From Alphaproteobacteria bacterium (GTDB lineage Bacteria > Pseudomonadota > Alphaproteobacteria > Rickettsiales > 21-14-0-20-44-7): DNA of 64,000 nt. The stretch's first letter is position 1, and each line of letters starts with the position of its first letter. A program made the translations under genes and the position numbers. Below are positions 25,288-34,207 of this stretch, piece after piece. The stretch is from assembly GCA_043757405.1 (NCBI GenBank), contig JAYVPI010000016.1, positions 143,623-207,622 of the forward strand. The letters run 5' to 3'. The notes under the pieces were generated by a model. That model was not told the DNA's origin. It saw only the letters and a program-made list of their open reading frames with translations, and searched no databases.

Positions 25288-25667
25288 ATCACCGGTATTG
25301 GGTATTTTGCGAACTCGGCATCATTGGTCAGAACCGTAAAATTATATTGCAGGCTCTGGCAGATGAGCATTTTATCGAAAGGATCTTTGTGCAGCGGCGG
25401 CAGCGTCAAAAGTTTTGTTGCGGCTATTTCCAAAAAAGGCAGTTCATTTATTCTATAGATAGCCCTGGCCTGAGGGATAAGCAATTCTGGCGATTTGGCC
25501 AGCGTCAATTTCCCCAGCTTGAATTTATAGACAATTTCCCAGGCTGAAATCGAGCTTAAATATAAATTATTCGCTTCATCAAAAATAATCGCCGAGGCTT
25601 TGGCAGATAATTTTTGTTCATCGGCAACAAGGTACAAAAATGTACATGTGTCGAGTAAAACTTCCAC
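25281..25667 (-). CDS. vapC: PIN-domain toxin (VapC-like)
   Basis: MEVLLDTCTFLYL (first acidic residue) and C-terminal LTNDAEF are present. It is preceded by a small antitoxin-like ORF. Confidence 0.75.
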   Translation of the reverse strand: MEVLLDTCTFLYLVADEQKLSAKASAIIFDEANNLYLSSISAWEIVYKFKLGKLTLAKSPELLIPQARAIYRINELPFLEIAATKLLTLPPLHKDPFDKMLICQSLQYNFTVLTNDAEFAKYPIPVIW

Positions 25668-25670
25668 CCC

Positions 25671-25895
25671 CTATCCTTTTGGGAAAATATCGTTTTCCCA
25701 AAGCGAAATTTCCTGCGCGTCCATCGGCGCAAAAAACTCCGGCAGGATTTTTATATCATCTTTGAAAAGACCCGCTTTCGGACGGGGATTATGCTGTCCG
25801 CCATTATTTTTAAGCAGCACATCCTCACCCTTGCATAACAGGGAGATAAAATGTGTGTAGTTGTTTATAAATTCCTGCGGGGTTGTCTGGATCAT
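25671..25895 (-). CDS. Type II antitoxin (Phd/YefM-like N-terminus)
   Basis: A 74-aa ORF lying 3 nt upstream of the PIN gene. The family call rests mostly on position and size. Confidence 0.55.
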   Translation of the reverse strand: MIQTTPQEFINNYTHFISLLCKGEDVLLKNNGGQHNPRPKAGLFKDDIKILPEFFAPMDAQEISLWENDIFPKG

Positions 25896-25930
25896 CGGTT
25901 TAGTATATATAAACCAGTTTAAAAAGTCAA

Positions 25931-27271
25931 TTATACCTTCACTCTAACAATATCCGCACCCAACCCCTGCAAGCGGCGGGCGATTTTTTCGTAGCCGCGG
26001 TCGATGTGGTAGACGCGGGTGATTTTGGTTTCGCCTTCGGCGGCGAGGGCGGCGATTACGAGGGAGAAGGAGGCGCGGAGGTCGGTGGCCATTACCTCGG
26101 CGGCGTTTAGTTTTTCGATGCCGGTGACGATTGCGGTGTTGCCGGTGACTTTGATTTTTGCGCCCATTCTTGAGAGTTCGGGAACGTGCATGAAGCGGTT
26201 TTCGAAGATGGTTTCCTCAATTTTGCTAATCCCGGTGGCCAGTGTCATCAAAGTCATGAATTGTGCCTGCATATCGGTGGGGAATCCGGGATATGGTTCG
26301 GTGATAATGTTAATTGATTTTATTTCTTTGGGTTTTTTTACGCGCAAGCCATGCGCGGTTTTTTCGACATAAACTCCGGCTTCTTCGAATTTGTGGAGGA
26401 CGGCGCCTAAGTGGTCGGCGTTGGCGTTTATAAGTTCGATTTCGCCGCCGGTGATGGCGGATGCGGCGATGAAGCTGCCGGTTTCGATACGGTCGGCGAC
26501 GGTGGTGTGTTCGGCCCCGTTCAAAGTTTCGACGCCTTGGATGGTGATGCGGTTAGTGCCGATGCCGGTGATTTTGGCGCCCATCTTTATCAAACATTCG
26601 CATAAGTCGGTGATTTCTGGCTCTTGCGCGGCGTTATTTAAAACAGTTTCGCCTTTTGCCAAAGTTGCGGCCATCAATATATTTTCAGTGGCGCCGACGG
26701 AAACTTTTTCAAAAAATATTTCAGCAGCTTTCAGTTTTTTGCATTTGGCGATGACATAGCCGTCGGTAATTTCGATTTCTGCGCCCATTTTTTCCAGTGC
26801 TTTCAAATGTAGATCAACCGGCCGGGAGCCGATGGCGCAGCCGCCGGGGAGGGAGACTTTGGCCTGGCCGAAACGCGCAAGCAATGGGCCGAGGACGATA
26901 ATGGAGGCGCGCATTAGTTTCACCAATTCATATGGCGCGGTAAGGTCGGTGATGTTGTCGGCTTGGAGGCGCAATGAATTCTCCTCTCCCTCAGGGAGAG
27001 GTTGGGAGAGGGTTGGTTGTTGTGAGCTGAGAGTTTCCAACCCTCCGCCCAACCTCCTCCCTGAGGGAGGAGGGGAAGAAATTTTTACGCCGTGATGGAC
27101 AAGCAAGCGCGACATGGTGGTGATATCGGCGAGTTGTGGGATGTTGTGCAGAATGAGAGGTTTATCAGTGAGCAGCGCGGCACACATAAGTTTCAGCGCG
27201 GAGTTTTTAGCGCCGCCGATTTTGACCCGTCCTTTTAGTGGAGTGCCGCCTTTGATAATTAGGGAGTCCAT
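25931..27271 (-). CDS. murA: UDP-N-acetylglucosamine 1-carboxyvinyltransferase, with a 33-aa in-frame repeat-derived insertion
   Basis: The MurA sequence is recognisable (GGAKNSALKLMCAALL, KLMRASIIVLGPLLARFG, GGCAIGSRPVDLHLKALE) but is interrupted by [33 protein letters not shown]. Confidence 0.95.
   Translation of the reverse strand: MDSLIIKGGTPLKGRVKIGGAKNSALKLMCAALLTDKPLILHNIPQLADITTMSRLLVHHGVKISSPPPSGRRLGGGLETLSSQQPTLSQPLPEGEENSLRLQADNITDLTAPYELVKLMRASIIVLGPLLARFGQAKVSLPGGCAIGSRPVDLHLKALEKMGAEIEITDGYVIAKCKKLKAAEIFFEKVSVGATENILMAATLAKGETVLNNAAQEPEITDLCECLIKMGAKITGIGTNRITIQGVETLNGAEHTTVADRIETGSFIAASAITGGEIELINANADHLGAVLHKFEEAGVYVEKTAHGLRVKKPKEIKSINIITEPYPGFPTDMQAQFMTLMTLATGISKIEETIFENRFMHVPELSRMGAKIKVTGNTAIVTGIEKLNAAEVMATDLRASFSLVIAALAAEGETKITRVYHIDRGYEKIARRLQGLGADIVRVKV
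26981..27079. repeat. In-frame palindromic insertion inside murA (RPE-like)
   Basis: A 99-nt imperfect palindrome reads CCTCTCCCTCAGGGAGAGG TTGGGAGAGGGTTGG ... CCAACCCTCCGCCCAA CCTCCTCCCTGAGGGAGGAGG. There is no stop in the murA frame, and the element is related to 12094-12165. Confidence 0.75.
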
Positions 27272-27281
27272 TTTAAATCCT

Positions 27282-27371
27282 CGTCATCGCGGACTTGTTC
27301 CGCGATCTGGTTAGCGAAGCATGAAAGACGGTGCCACTTGAACCAGACCCCGTGACAAGCACGGGGTGACG
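27282..27371. repeat. MITE-like element between pheA and murA
   Basis: CGTCATCGCGGACTTGTTCCGCGATCTGG ... CCAGACCCCGTGACAAGCACGGGGTGACG. This is the reverse-orientation relative of 13306-13425. Confidence 0.8.
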
Positions 27372-27388
27372 TTGTGAGGGTGTGGACA

Positions 27389-28228
27389 TTATTTCTTAAA
27401 CCGCTCCGGATCCGCAGCATAAACGCCTAACAACTTTACCTTTTTGGTAAAGAAGCCGAGTTCCTCTAATGCATATTGCACATTTCGCTGTTTCGGGTGG
27501 CCCTGGAAGCTGATGAAGAAATCGGCGTTGTCGGATTTGCCGCCTGGAATATAGCTTTCGAGTTTTACCAGGTTGACGTTGTTGGTGGCGAAGCCGCCTA
27601 AGGATTTGTAGAGGGCGGCGGGCATGTTGCGGATGGTTACCAGCAAGGTGGTGATGGTGGTTTGTTCGTCTTTTGGCTCGACTGGTTCTTTGCCGATTAC
27701 GATGAATACGGTCATGTTGGTTTGGGCGTCTTCGAAGTTGCGTTTGAGAATATCCAAACCATAGATTTCGGCGGCGAGTTCGGAGCCGATTGCGGCGCGG
27801 GCGGGGTTTTTCTCAGTGCCAATGGTCTGGGCGGCCAGCGCCGTGTTTTCGGCGTTTTTAGCCACTAACCCCAATTTCTGGATGTTTTTCTTGCATTGCA
27901 TCAGGGCCATTGGATGCGAGAGAACTTCTTTAACAGCTTCAATTTTGGCGCCTTTGGGGGCCATCAGGAAATGCTCGACGCGCTGGAAATGCTCGGCGAC
28001 GATGTGGAGGTTGGTTTCCACTAATATATTATGTACTTCCGCGACCCGGCCGGCATAAGAGTTTTCGATCGGAATCATCCCAAGTTCGGCGTGTCCGCTT
28101 TCCACGGCCTCGAAAACCTCGTCGAAAGTCGGGCAGGCGAGGGTGTCCATATATGGGTATGCCTTGCGGCAGGCCAAATCGGAATGTGCGCCTTGTGCGC
28201 CTTGGAAAGCTATAATGTTCTTAGTCAT
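27389..28228 (-). CDS. pheA: Prephenate dehydratase
   Basis: The PDT domain (IAFQGAQGAHSDLA, IPIENSYAGRV) is followed by a C-terminal ACT domain (TTLLVTIRNMPAALYKSLGGFA, LVKLESYIPGG). Confidence 0.9.
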   Translation of the reverse strand: MTKNIIAFQGAQGAHSDLACRKAYPYMDTLACPTFDEVFEAVESGHAELGMIPIENSYAGRVAEVHNILVETNLHIVAEHFQRVEHFLMAPKGAKIEAVKEVLSHPMALMQCKKNIQKLGLVAKNAENTALAAQTIGTEKNPARAAIGSELAAEIYGLDILKRNFEDAQTNMTVFIVIGKEPVEPKDEQTTITTLLVTIRNMPAALYKSLGGFATNNVNLVKLESYIPGGKSDNADFFISFQGHPKQRNVQYALEELGFFTKKVKLLGVYAADPERFKK

Positions 28229-28321
28229 TAGTCATTAGTCATAAGTCATTAGGAAATTGTTTTCAACTCAACAGTTATAATTTATAGTATCTAATGACCA
28301 ATGACTAATGACTAATAACTA
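28222..28321. repeat. Inverted pair of 4x tandem heptamers (ATGACTA) bracketing the pheA/nadK divergent region
   Basis: The left arm at 28222-28252 is TAGTCAT x3 + AAGTCAT + TAG. The right arm at 28291-28321 is CTA + ATGACCA ATGACTA ATGACTA ATAACTA. The arms match 28/31 as inverted repeats, with a 38-nt AT-rich spacer. The pheA ATG is part of the outermost heptamer. Confidence 0.8.
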
Positions 28322-28323
28322 AG

Positions 28324-29103
28324 ATGAAATACAAAAAAATCGCCATAATCGCCGATGATTCGCCCAAAGCGCAGGAAACTGCGGCTCGGCTGAAGTATCT
28401 TTATGACTTTTTGAACCGCGATATCAAGCCGGAAAAAGCGGATTGCGTGGTGGTTTTGGGTGGGGACGGGTTCATGCTGCACTCACTGCACCGGCTGATG
28501 GATTATGATATTCCGGTGTTTGGGATGAATGCGGGGACGATCGGGTTTTTGCTCAATAGTTATAATGAGAAGGATTTGCTGGAACGCATTGAAACCGCGG
28601 AAGAGGCGACTTTGCATCCGCTGGAGATGATCGCGACTTGCGTCGATGGGACGAAGCATTTGAAGCTGGCGGTGAACGAAATTTCATTGCTAAGGGAAAC
28701 TGCTCAAGCCGCCAAAATCCGCGTTAGCGTGGATAATAAAGTGCAGTTGGAAGAGATGATTTGCGACGGGGTGATTGTTTCGACTCCGGCGGGCAGCACA
28801 GCATATAATTTTTCGGCGAACGGGCCGGTGGTGCCTTTGAACTCCAATTTGCTGGCGCTGACGCCAATCAGCGTTTTCCGGCCACGGCGCTGGCGGGGGG
28901 CGTTGTTGCCATCAAATAAGGTAATATCGCTGGATATACTGGAAGTGGCGAAACGGCCGGTTTCGGCAGTGGCGGATTTCTACGAGATTCGTGACGTGGT
29001 CGAGGTGCATATCCGCGAGGAACGCAAGAAAACCATGCGGATTCTCTTCGATTCCCACAATTCGTTGCACGAGCGGATTATTAAGGAGCAATTTATTCTT
29101 TGA
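28324..29103 (+). CDS. nadK: NAD kinase
   Basis: The motifs VVVLGGDGFMLH, NEISL and DGVIVSTPAGSTAYNFSANGP are present. Confidence 0.9.
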   Translation: MKYKKIAIIADDSPKAQETAARLKYLYDFLNRDIKPEKADCVVVLGGDGFMLHSLHRLMDYDIPVFGMNAGTIGFLLNSYNEKDLLERIETAEEATLHPLEMIATCVDGTKHLKLAVNEISLLRETAQAAKIRVSVDNKVQLEEMICDGVIVSTPAGSTAYNFSANGPVVPLNSNLLALTPISVFRPRRWRGALLPSNKVISLDILEVAKRPVSAVADFYEIRDVVEVHIREERKKTMRILFDSHNSLHERIIKEQFIL

Positions 29104-29126
29104 TATCAATTAGTTACATAAAGAGC

Positions 29127-29156
29127 TGGACAATCGAGCTTTCAAGGCTGTATAAT
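29127..29156 (+). promoter_or_regulatory. Candidate sigma70-type promoter giving a leaderless or near-leaderless transcript for the ATPase gene
   Basis: TGGACA (29127-29132), an 18-nt spacer, then TATAAT (29151-29156). The ATG lies 7 nt after the -10 hexamer. Confidence 0.35.
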
Positions 29157-29163
29157 CTGGCTT

Positions 29164-30348
29164 ATGTGGATTGATCGGAATATTACTCATAAGATTCAGA
29201 CCCTTGCAAATAAATTTCCGGTTATAGTTTTAACGGGCGCAAGGCAGGTGGGCAAAACTGCTTTAGTGCGGGAGATTTGGAAAAATACTTCCTATGTTTC
29301 ATTGGATTTGCCGTCAGTTGCGGAAAAAGCCGAAAATGACGGATTGGAGTTTTTAAAAAGTTATTCCGCGCCGCTGATTATTGACGAAGTGCAATACGCG
29401 CCGCAACTTTTCCGCTATTTGAAACATAAGATTGATGAAAAGCGCGAAGAAAATGGGCGGTTTATTCTTACCGGCTCGCAAAAATTCGTATTGATGAAAG
29501 CAGTTTCGGAAAGCCTGGCCGGGCGCTGTGCAATAATTGAATTAAACACGCTTTCGGCCAGTGAAATAATGGGTTCGGGCGGCGGTTATAGCGCGGAGGA
29601 AATGTTATGGCGCGGCGGCTTTCCGGCATTATATAATAAGTCCATTGCACTGGCGCCGCAGGAATTTTTTCCGTCCTATATTGCTACATATCTGGAAAGG
29701 GATATAAGGCAAATAATGCAGGTTTCCGATTTAAGGAATTTCGAGAGGTTCCTGCGGGCCTGCGCATTACGCGCCGGGCATCTTGTGAATTATGCCGATT
29801 TAGCGCGCGATGTTGGAATTGCGCCGACAACCGCCAAGGACTGGCTGGGTGTCATGCAGGCTTCAAACCAAATTATTCTTCTGGAACCGTATTTCGGGAA
29901 TCACTCAAAGCGAATTGCCAAATCACCAAAACTTTATTTTAGCGATACCGGGCTTTTATGTTTCCTGCTTAACATAAACTCTCCAGAAAATATGGCGGCT
30001 TCGCCGTTTATAGGCCAGTTATGGGAAAATTTCGTTCTCTTGCAAATTATATGTTCACGCAATGCGGCAGCTGATAAAAAATCTAATATTTGGTTTTGGC
30101 GCGATGCCAATGGTTTGGAAGCGGATTTTATAATCGAGAAAGATAACCGGCTACAAATTGTTGAGGCAAAATGGAGTGAGGAATATTCAGGAGGGAAAAC
30201 AATAACTAAAATCGAAAAAATAAAAGCTAAAATCGGTGAAGAGGCTGAGACAAATCATATTATTGCGACAAGAACTGCTGATGAGCGCCGCCTGGGGCAG
30301 CATGATATATGGGTGATTAACGCCATAAATCATTTAAATTGGTTATAG
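29164..30348 (+). CDS. AAA-family ATPase with DUF4143-like C-terminal domain
   Basis: Walker A (TGARQVGKT) and Walker B-like (LIIDEVQ) motifs are present. The C-terminal PD-(D/E)xK-like region contains EADFIIE...IVEAKWS. The gene looks AT-richer by eye. Confidence 0.75.
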   Translation: MWIDRNITHKIQTLANKFPVIVLTGARQVGKTALVREIWKNTSYVSLDLPSVAEKAENDGLEFLKSYSAPLIIDEVQYAPQLFRYLKHKIDEKREENGRFILTGSQKFVLMKAVSESLAGRCAIIELNTLSASEIMGSGGGYSAEEMLWRGGFPALYNKSIALAPQEFFPSYIATYLERDIRQIMQVSDLRNFERFLRACALRAGHLVNYADLARDVGIAPTTAKDWLGVMQASNQIILLEPYFGNHSKRIAKSPKLYFSDTGLLCFLLNINSPENMAASPFIGQLWENFVLLQIICSRNAAADKKSNIWFWRDANGLEADFIIEKDNRLQIVEAKWSEEYSGGKTITKIEKIKAKIGEEAETNHIIATRTADERRLGQHDIWVINAINHLNWL

Positions 30349-30427
30349 TTTTTGTAATTATCTATAATTTTATTGATTAAGCGCTAGGCAAAGTAATATT
30401 CTATATAATTATTACAGGTAGTTCCTT

Positions 30428-32638
30428 ATGTATCGCCATCCGGTAATCGACTTTTTTCATGATAAGTTTATGAAAATAACTGCGCTCGCTTTGGCGGTGG
30501 GGGCGGTGGTGGTTTTGTTTACGATAATTACTCATTCCGGCCACGATCCTTCGTGGAACAATGCGACTGATAACCATCCATCGAATTTATTTGGATATTT
30601 CGGGGCGTGGCTTTCGGACATGTTGCTACAGATGTTTGGGCTGGCCGGTGTCATCACTTCGGTGCTGATGCTGATGTGGGCGTTTCGGTTTTATCAGGGG
30701 CGAATGGTCAGCAAGCTTTGGCTGAGGTTGTTATATTCAATTATGGCGCTGGGTTCGGCGGCGGCGGTGTTTGAGGCGCAAGTTGGTTATGGCGGATTGT
30801 TTGGCGGGTTTTTGAAAAACCAGCTTTATTTGGATTTGACGGCGCCAATTTATAATACGCTGTTTATTTTTTCGTTCATTGTGCTGACACATCTGGCATC
30901 AGGCTTGAAATTCCGTGAGCAGCGGGAATTGCTGGAGCGGTTGAAACGGCCGGTGAGGAAAGTTGAGGGGATTGTGAAAAAGGAAAAGGCGCAGAGTGCC
31001 AAGCGGGCGCGAATCCGGCAGGAGCCGGCGATGGGGGAATATATTGATAAAATTGCCAAGCCGCGGATTGTAGCGCCGGCGAAGAAAATGGCGGTGGCGA
31101 AACAGGCGAGTTTATTATTGAATTCGGATGATGACTATGAACTGCCTCCGGTGGAGCTTTTGAAGGAAGTGCCGACGCGGATCATGAATGCGCGGATGAG
31201 TGAGACGGCGCTGTCGCAGAATGCGAAGATTTTGGAAGGGGTGCTGGGGGATTTTAGTATCAAAGGCGATATTACTAAAATTAGTCCTGGGCCGGTTGTC
31301 ACATTATATGAGTTCCAACCGGCGGCAGGGACTAAATCCAGCCGGGTAATTGGGTTGTCAGATGATATTGCGCGTTCGATGTCTTCGGTTTCGGCGCGGA
31401 TTTCGACAGTGCCGGGACAGAATGTTTTAGGGATCGAGTTGCCGAATTCCAAGCGTGAAACAGTGATGTTCCGCGAAATGCTTGAGTCGGGGGAATATCG
31501 TGAATCTACGGCCAAATTACCGCTGGCGCTGGGTAAGGATATTGGCGGGGCGCCGGTGGTGGTGGATCTGGCGAAAATGCCGCATTTGCTGGTGGCGGGT
31601 ACTACTGGGTCGGGTAAATCGGTGGCGATTAATACGATGATTGTTTCGCTGCTTTATAAGCTTTCGCCCAGCCAGTGTAAGTTCATCATGATCGATCCGA
31701 AGATGTTGGAGCTTTCAGTATATGATGGCATTCCGCATTTGCTGGCGCCGGTGGTGACAGAGCCGGGCAAGGCGATTGTAGCGCTGAAATGGGTAGTGCG
31801 GGAAATGGAGAATCGCTACCGGTTGATGTCCACTCTTGGTGTGCGGAATCTGGATGGGTATAATACGCGGGTTGAAGAAGCGGCGAATCGCGGTGAGGAA
31901 TTGACGCGCAATATCCAGACGGGATTCGACCCGGAGACGGGCAAGCCGATTATCGAATCGATCCCGATTGGGAAGGATAAGTTCCCATATATCGTGGTGA
32001 TTGTTGATGAAATGGCGGATTTAATGCTGGTGGCGGGGAAGGATATTGAGACTTCTATCCAGCGGCTGGCGCAGATGGCGCGGGCGGCCGGTATACATAT
32101 TATCATGGCGACGCAGCGGCCCTCGGTTGATGTTATCACCGGCGTTATCAAGGCGAATTTCCCGACGCGGATTTCGTTCCAGGTTACATCGAAAATTGAC
32201 AGCCGCACGATTCTTGGTGAGCAGGGGGCGGAACAATTGTTGGGTATGGGTGATATGCTTTACATGGCGGGCGGCGGGCGGATCAGCCGCGTGCACGGGC
32301 CATATGTTGAAGATCGGGAAGTTGAGAAGGTTGTTGGTTTCTTGAAGAAGCAAGGAGCGCCAGCCTATATCGAGGATATTACGCGTGAGGAAGAGCCGCT
32401 TGATGATGACGGTATGATTGAAGGTGGCGAAGGCGGGGATGATGCTTCGTTATATAACCAGGCGGTGCAGATTGTGATCCGCGACAAAAAAGCATCCACC
32501 AGCTATGTACAGCGGCGCTTGCGGATTGGTTATAACCGCGCAGCGCTGTTGATTGAGCAGATGGAAGAAGAGGGCGTTATCTCGGCCCCAAACCATGCGG
32601 GGAAGCGGGAAATTCTAGTTGACCATCGGGCGGCGTAA
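30428..32638 (+). CDS. ftsK: DNA translocase FtsK
   Basis: Four N-terminal TM helices and a linker are followed by the motor domain (AGTTGSGKSVAINTMI, VVIVDEMADLM, IMATQRPSVDVITG) and a gamma-domain winged helix at the C-terminus. Confidence 0.95.
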   Translation: MYRHPVIDFFHDKFMKITALALAVGAVVVLFTIITHSGHDPSWNNATDNHPSNLFGYFGAWLSDMLLQMFGLAGVITSVLMLMWAFRFYQGRMVSKLWLRLLYSIMALGSAAAVFEAQVGYGGLFGGFLKNQLYLDLTAPIYNTLFIFSFIVLTHLASGLKFREQRELLERLKRPVRKVEGIVKKEKAQSAKRARIRQEPAMGEYIDKIAKPRIVAPAKKMAVAKQASLLLNSDDDYELPPVELLKEVPTRIMNARMSETALSQNAKILEGVLGDFSIKGDITKISPGPVVTLYEFQPAAGTKSSRVIGLSDDIARSMSSVSARISTVPGQNVLGIELPNSKRETVMFREMLESGEYRESTAKLPLALGKDIGGAPVVVDLAKMPHLLVAGTTGSGKSVAINTMIVSLLYKLSPSQCKFIMIDPKMLELSVYDGIPHLLAPVVTEPGKAIVALKWVVREMENRYRLMSTLGVRNLDGYNTRVEEAANRGEELTRNIQTGFDPETGKPIIESIPIGKDKFPYIVVIVDEMADLMLVAGKDIETSIQRLAQMARAAGIHIIMATQRPSVDVITGVIKANFPTRISFQVTSKIDSRTILGEQGAEQLLGMGDMLYMAGGGRISRVHGPYVEDREVEKVVGFLKKQGAPAYIEDITREEEPLDDDGMIEGGEGGDDASLYNQAVQIVIRDKKASTSYVQRRLRIGYNRAALLIEQMEEEGVISAPNHAGKREILVDHRAA

Positions 32639-32644
32639 GATTTT

Positions 32645-34156
32645 TTAGACGCTTTTGCCTTTTTTCTGGGGTTTCGTTGCGGGTTTTGTAGCCGCAGGTT
32701 TTGCTGAAGGTTTTTTCTCAGCTACTTTTTCTTGAGTAGCGGGCAGTGTTTCTACATTTTCATCCTCATCTCTTTCTTCACCGGCTGCGCCATCATTGGA
32801 GCCATCTTTGACCTCATCCTCTATCAACTGCGCCAAATCGTTGCGGGTGGGGGCGTTGGATAATGCGGTGGTGATTGATTTTTTGAGGTCGAGGAATTTT
32901 TTGAGTTCCGCGCCGGCGAGTTTGCTGACCATTGGGAGTTTGGCGGAAACGGGGTTGATTTGTGTGCCGTGGTCGCGGACTTCGTAATGCAAGTGCGGGC
33001 CTGTGGCGTGGCCGGTCATGCCGACATAAGCGATGATCTGGCCCTGCTTGACGTGGACGCCGGGTTTGATACCGGGGCCGAAGCGGCTGGCGTGGCCATA
33101 GGCGGTGGAATAAAATGTGCCGTCATGTTTGAGAAGGACGAAGTTGCCATAGCCGCTGACCCATCCGGCTTCCTGGATTGTGCCATCGCCAGCGGCGAAG
33201 ATGGGAGTGCCTTGCGGAGCGCCGAAGTCTACGCCTTTATGCATGCGGGTATAGCCGAGAATTGGGTGGAAGCGCATGCCGAAGCTGGAGGTGATTTTGG
33301 CGCCGTCGATAGGGGTGCGGAGCAGGGCTTTTTTGGCGTTGGCGGCATCGGCGTGGAAATAGCCGAGCGTGCCATCAGCTTTGGCGACTATGAAAAGTTC
33401 GGCGGTGGCTTTTTTCATTTGTAATCTGACATAGAGCGGGCGGCTGGATTTGATGAATTCGCCATCAGGGCCGGTGTAGCCTTCATATAAAATTGCGAAT
33501 TTATTGCCGGGTTGGATGTCGCGTTGGAAATCGACATCATAGGAAAGGGCGGAGATTAATTGGGTGATAACGGCTGGGGTGACGCCGGCGTGGAGGGTGG
33601 ATTCGTAGAAGCTGCCGCTGATTTCGCCGGTGGCTTTGAGGATTACTTTTTGTAGTTTGATCTCCTCGGACTTGACTTCAAAGCCACCTTTTTTATCTAT
33701 AGTGAGGTTAACAGTTTTGGTGAGTGAGGGTTTGAAATTGATTTCTTTGATATGTTCGCCGGATTTATCGTCGAAGAGTTCGATATATACGATATCACCG
33801 GCGCGCATTTCATTTAGCGGGAAATGTTTTTGTAGCGCGGCGGTTGCTGCGGCAGTTTCGTCTTTGCTGACGCCATAATTTTGGAGGATACCGGCGAGGG
33901 TTTGGCCTGGGCGGATGGTGTGGTTGTGTTTGTTATTGACGGGCTTTGGCGGTTTTGGTGCGGCGATTATGGTTTCATTATCGAGCGATTTTGATTGCGG
34001 AAGTTCTTTGGAAATGTTTTCCAAGTTGGGGTTTAACATCACCATCTTGGATTCCTGATATGCAGGCGGCAGGCTGGCAAGCCCGGCGGTGACGAGAGAG
34101 AGGCCGATGATGAACGACAGGAGTAGTGTCGTGAAAATAGTTTTTCGGTTTCGCAT
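32645..34156 (-). CDS. M23-family peptidoglycan metallopeptidase with an OapA/LysM-like N-terminal region
   Basis: The M23 motifs HKGVDFGAPQGTPIFAAGDG and GHATGPHLHYEV are present, with an N-terminal TM anchor. The C-terminal tail is acidic and then Lys/Pro-rich. Confidence 0.85.
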   Translation of the reverse strand: MRNRKTIFTTLLLSFIIGLSLVTAGLASLPPAYQESKMVMLNPNLENISKELPQSKSLDNETIIAAPKPPKPVNNKHNHTIRPGQTLAGILQNYGVSKDETAAATAALQKHFPLNEMRAGDIVYIELFDDKSGEHIKEINFKPSLTKTVNLTIDKKGGFEVKSEEIKLQKVILKATGEISGSFYESTLHAGVTPAVITQLISALSYDVDFQRDIQPGNKFAILYEGYTGPDGEFIKSSRPLYVRLQMKKATAELFIVAKADGTLGYFHADAANAKKALLRTPIDGAKITSSFGMRFHPILGYTRMHKGVDFGAPQGTPIFAAGDGTIQEAGWVSGYGNFVLLKHDGTFYSTAYGHASRFGPGIKPGVHVKQGQIIAYVGMTGHATGPHLHYEVRDHGTQINPVSAKLPMVSKLAGAELKKFLDLKKSITTALSNAPTRNDLAQLIEDEVKDGSNDGAAGEERDEDENVETLPATQEKVAEKKPSAKPAATKPATKPQKKGKSV

Positions 34157-34207
34157 TATGTTGCGGAAACTATAGGAAAATTTTTTTATGTCTATAGTTT
34201 TTGGATT

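Noticed and set aside
30393-30415. The AT-rich quasi-palindrome GTAATATTCTATATAATTATTAC upstream of ftsK, considered as a dif (XerCD) site.
   Set aside because: Only the outer 6 nt are complementary. It lacks the CATAA-N6-TTATG-type arms of known dif sites, and its position next to ftsK is not itself evidence.
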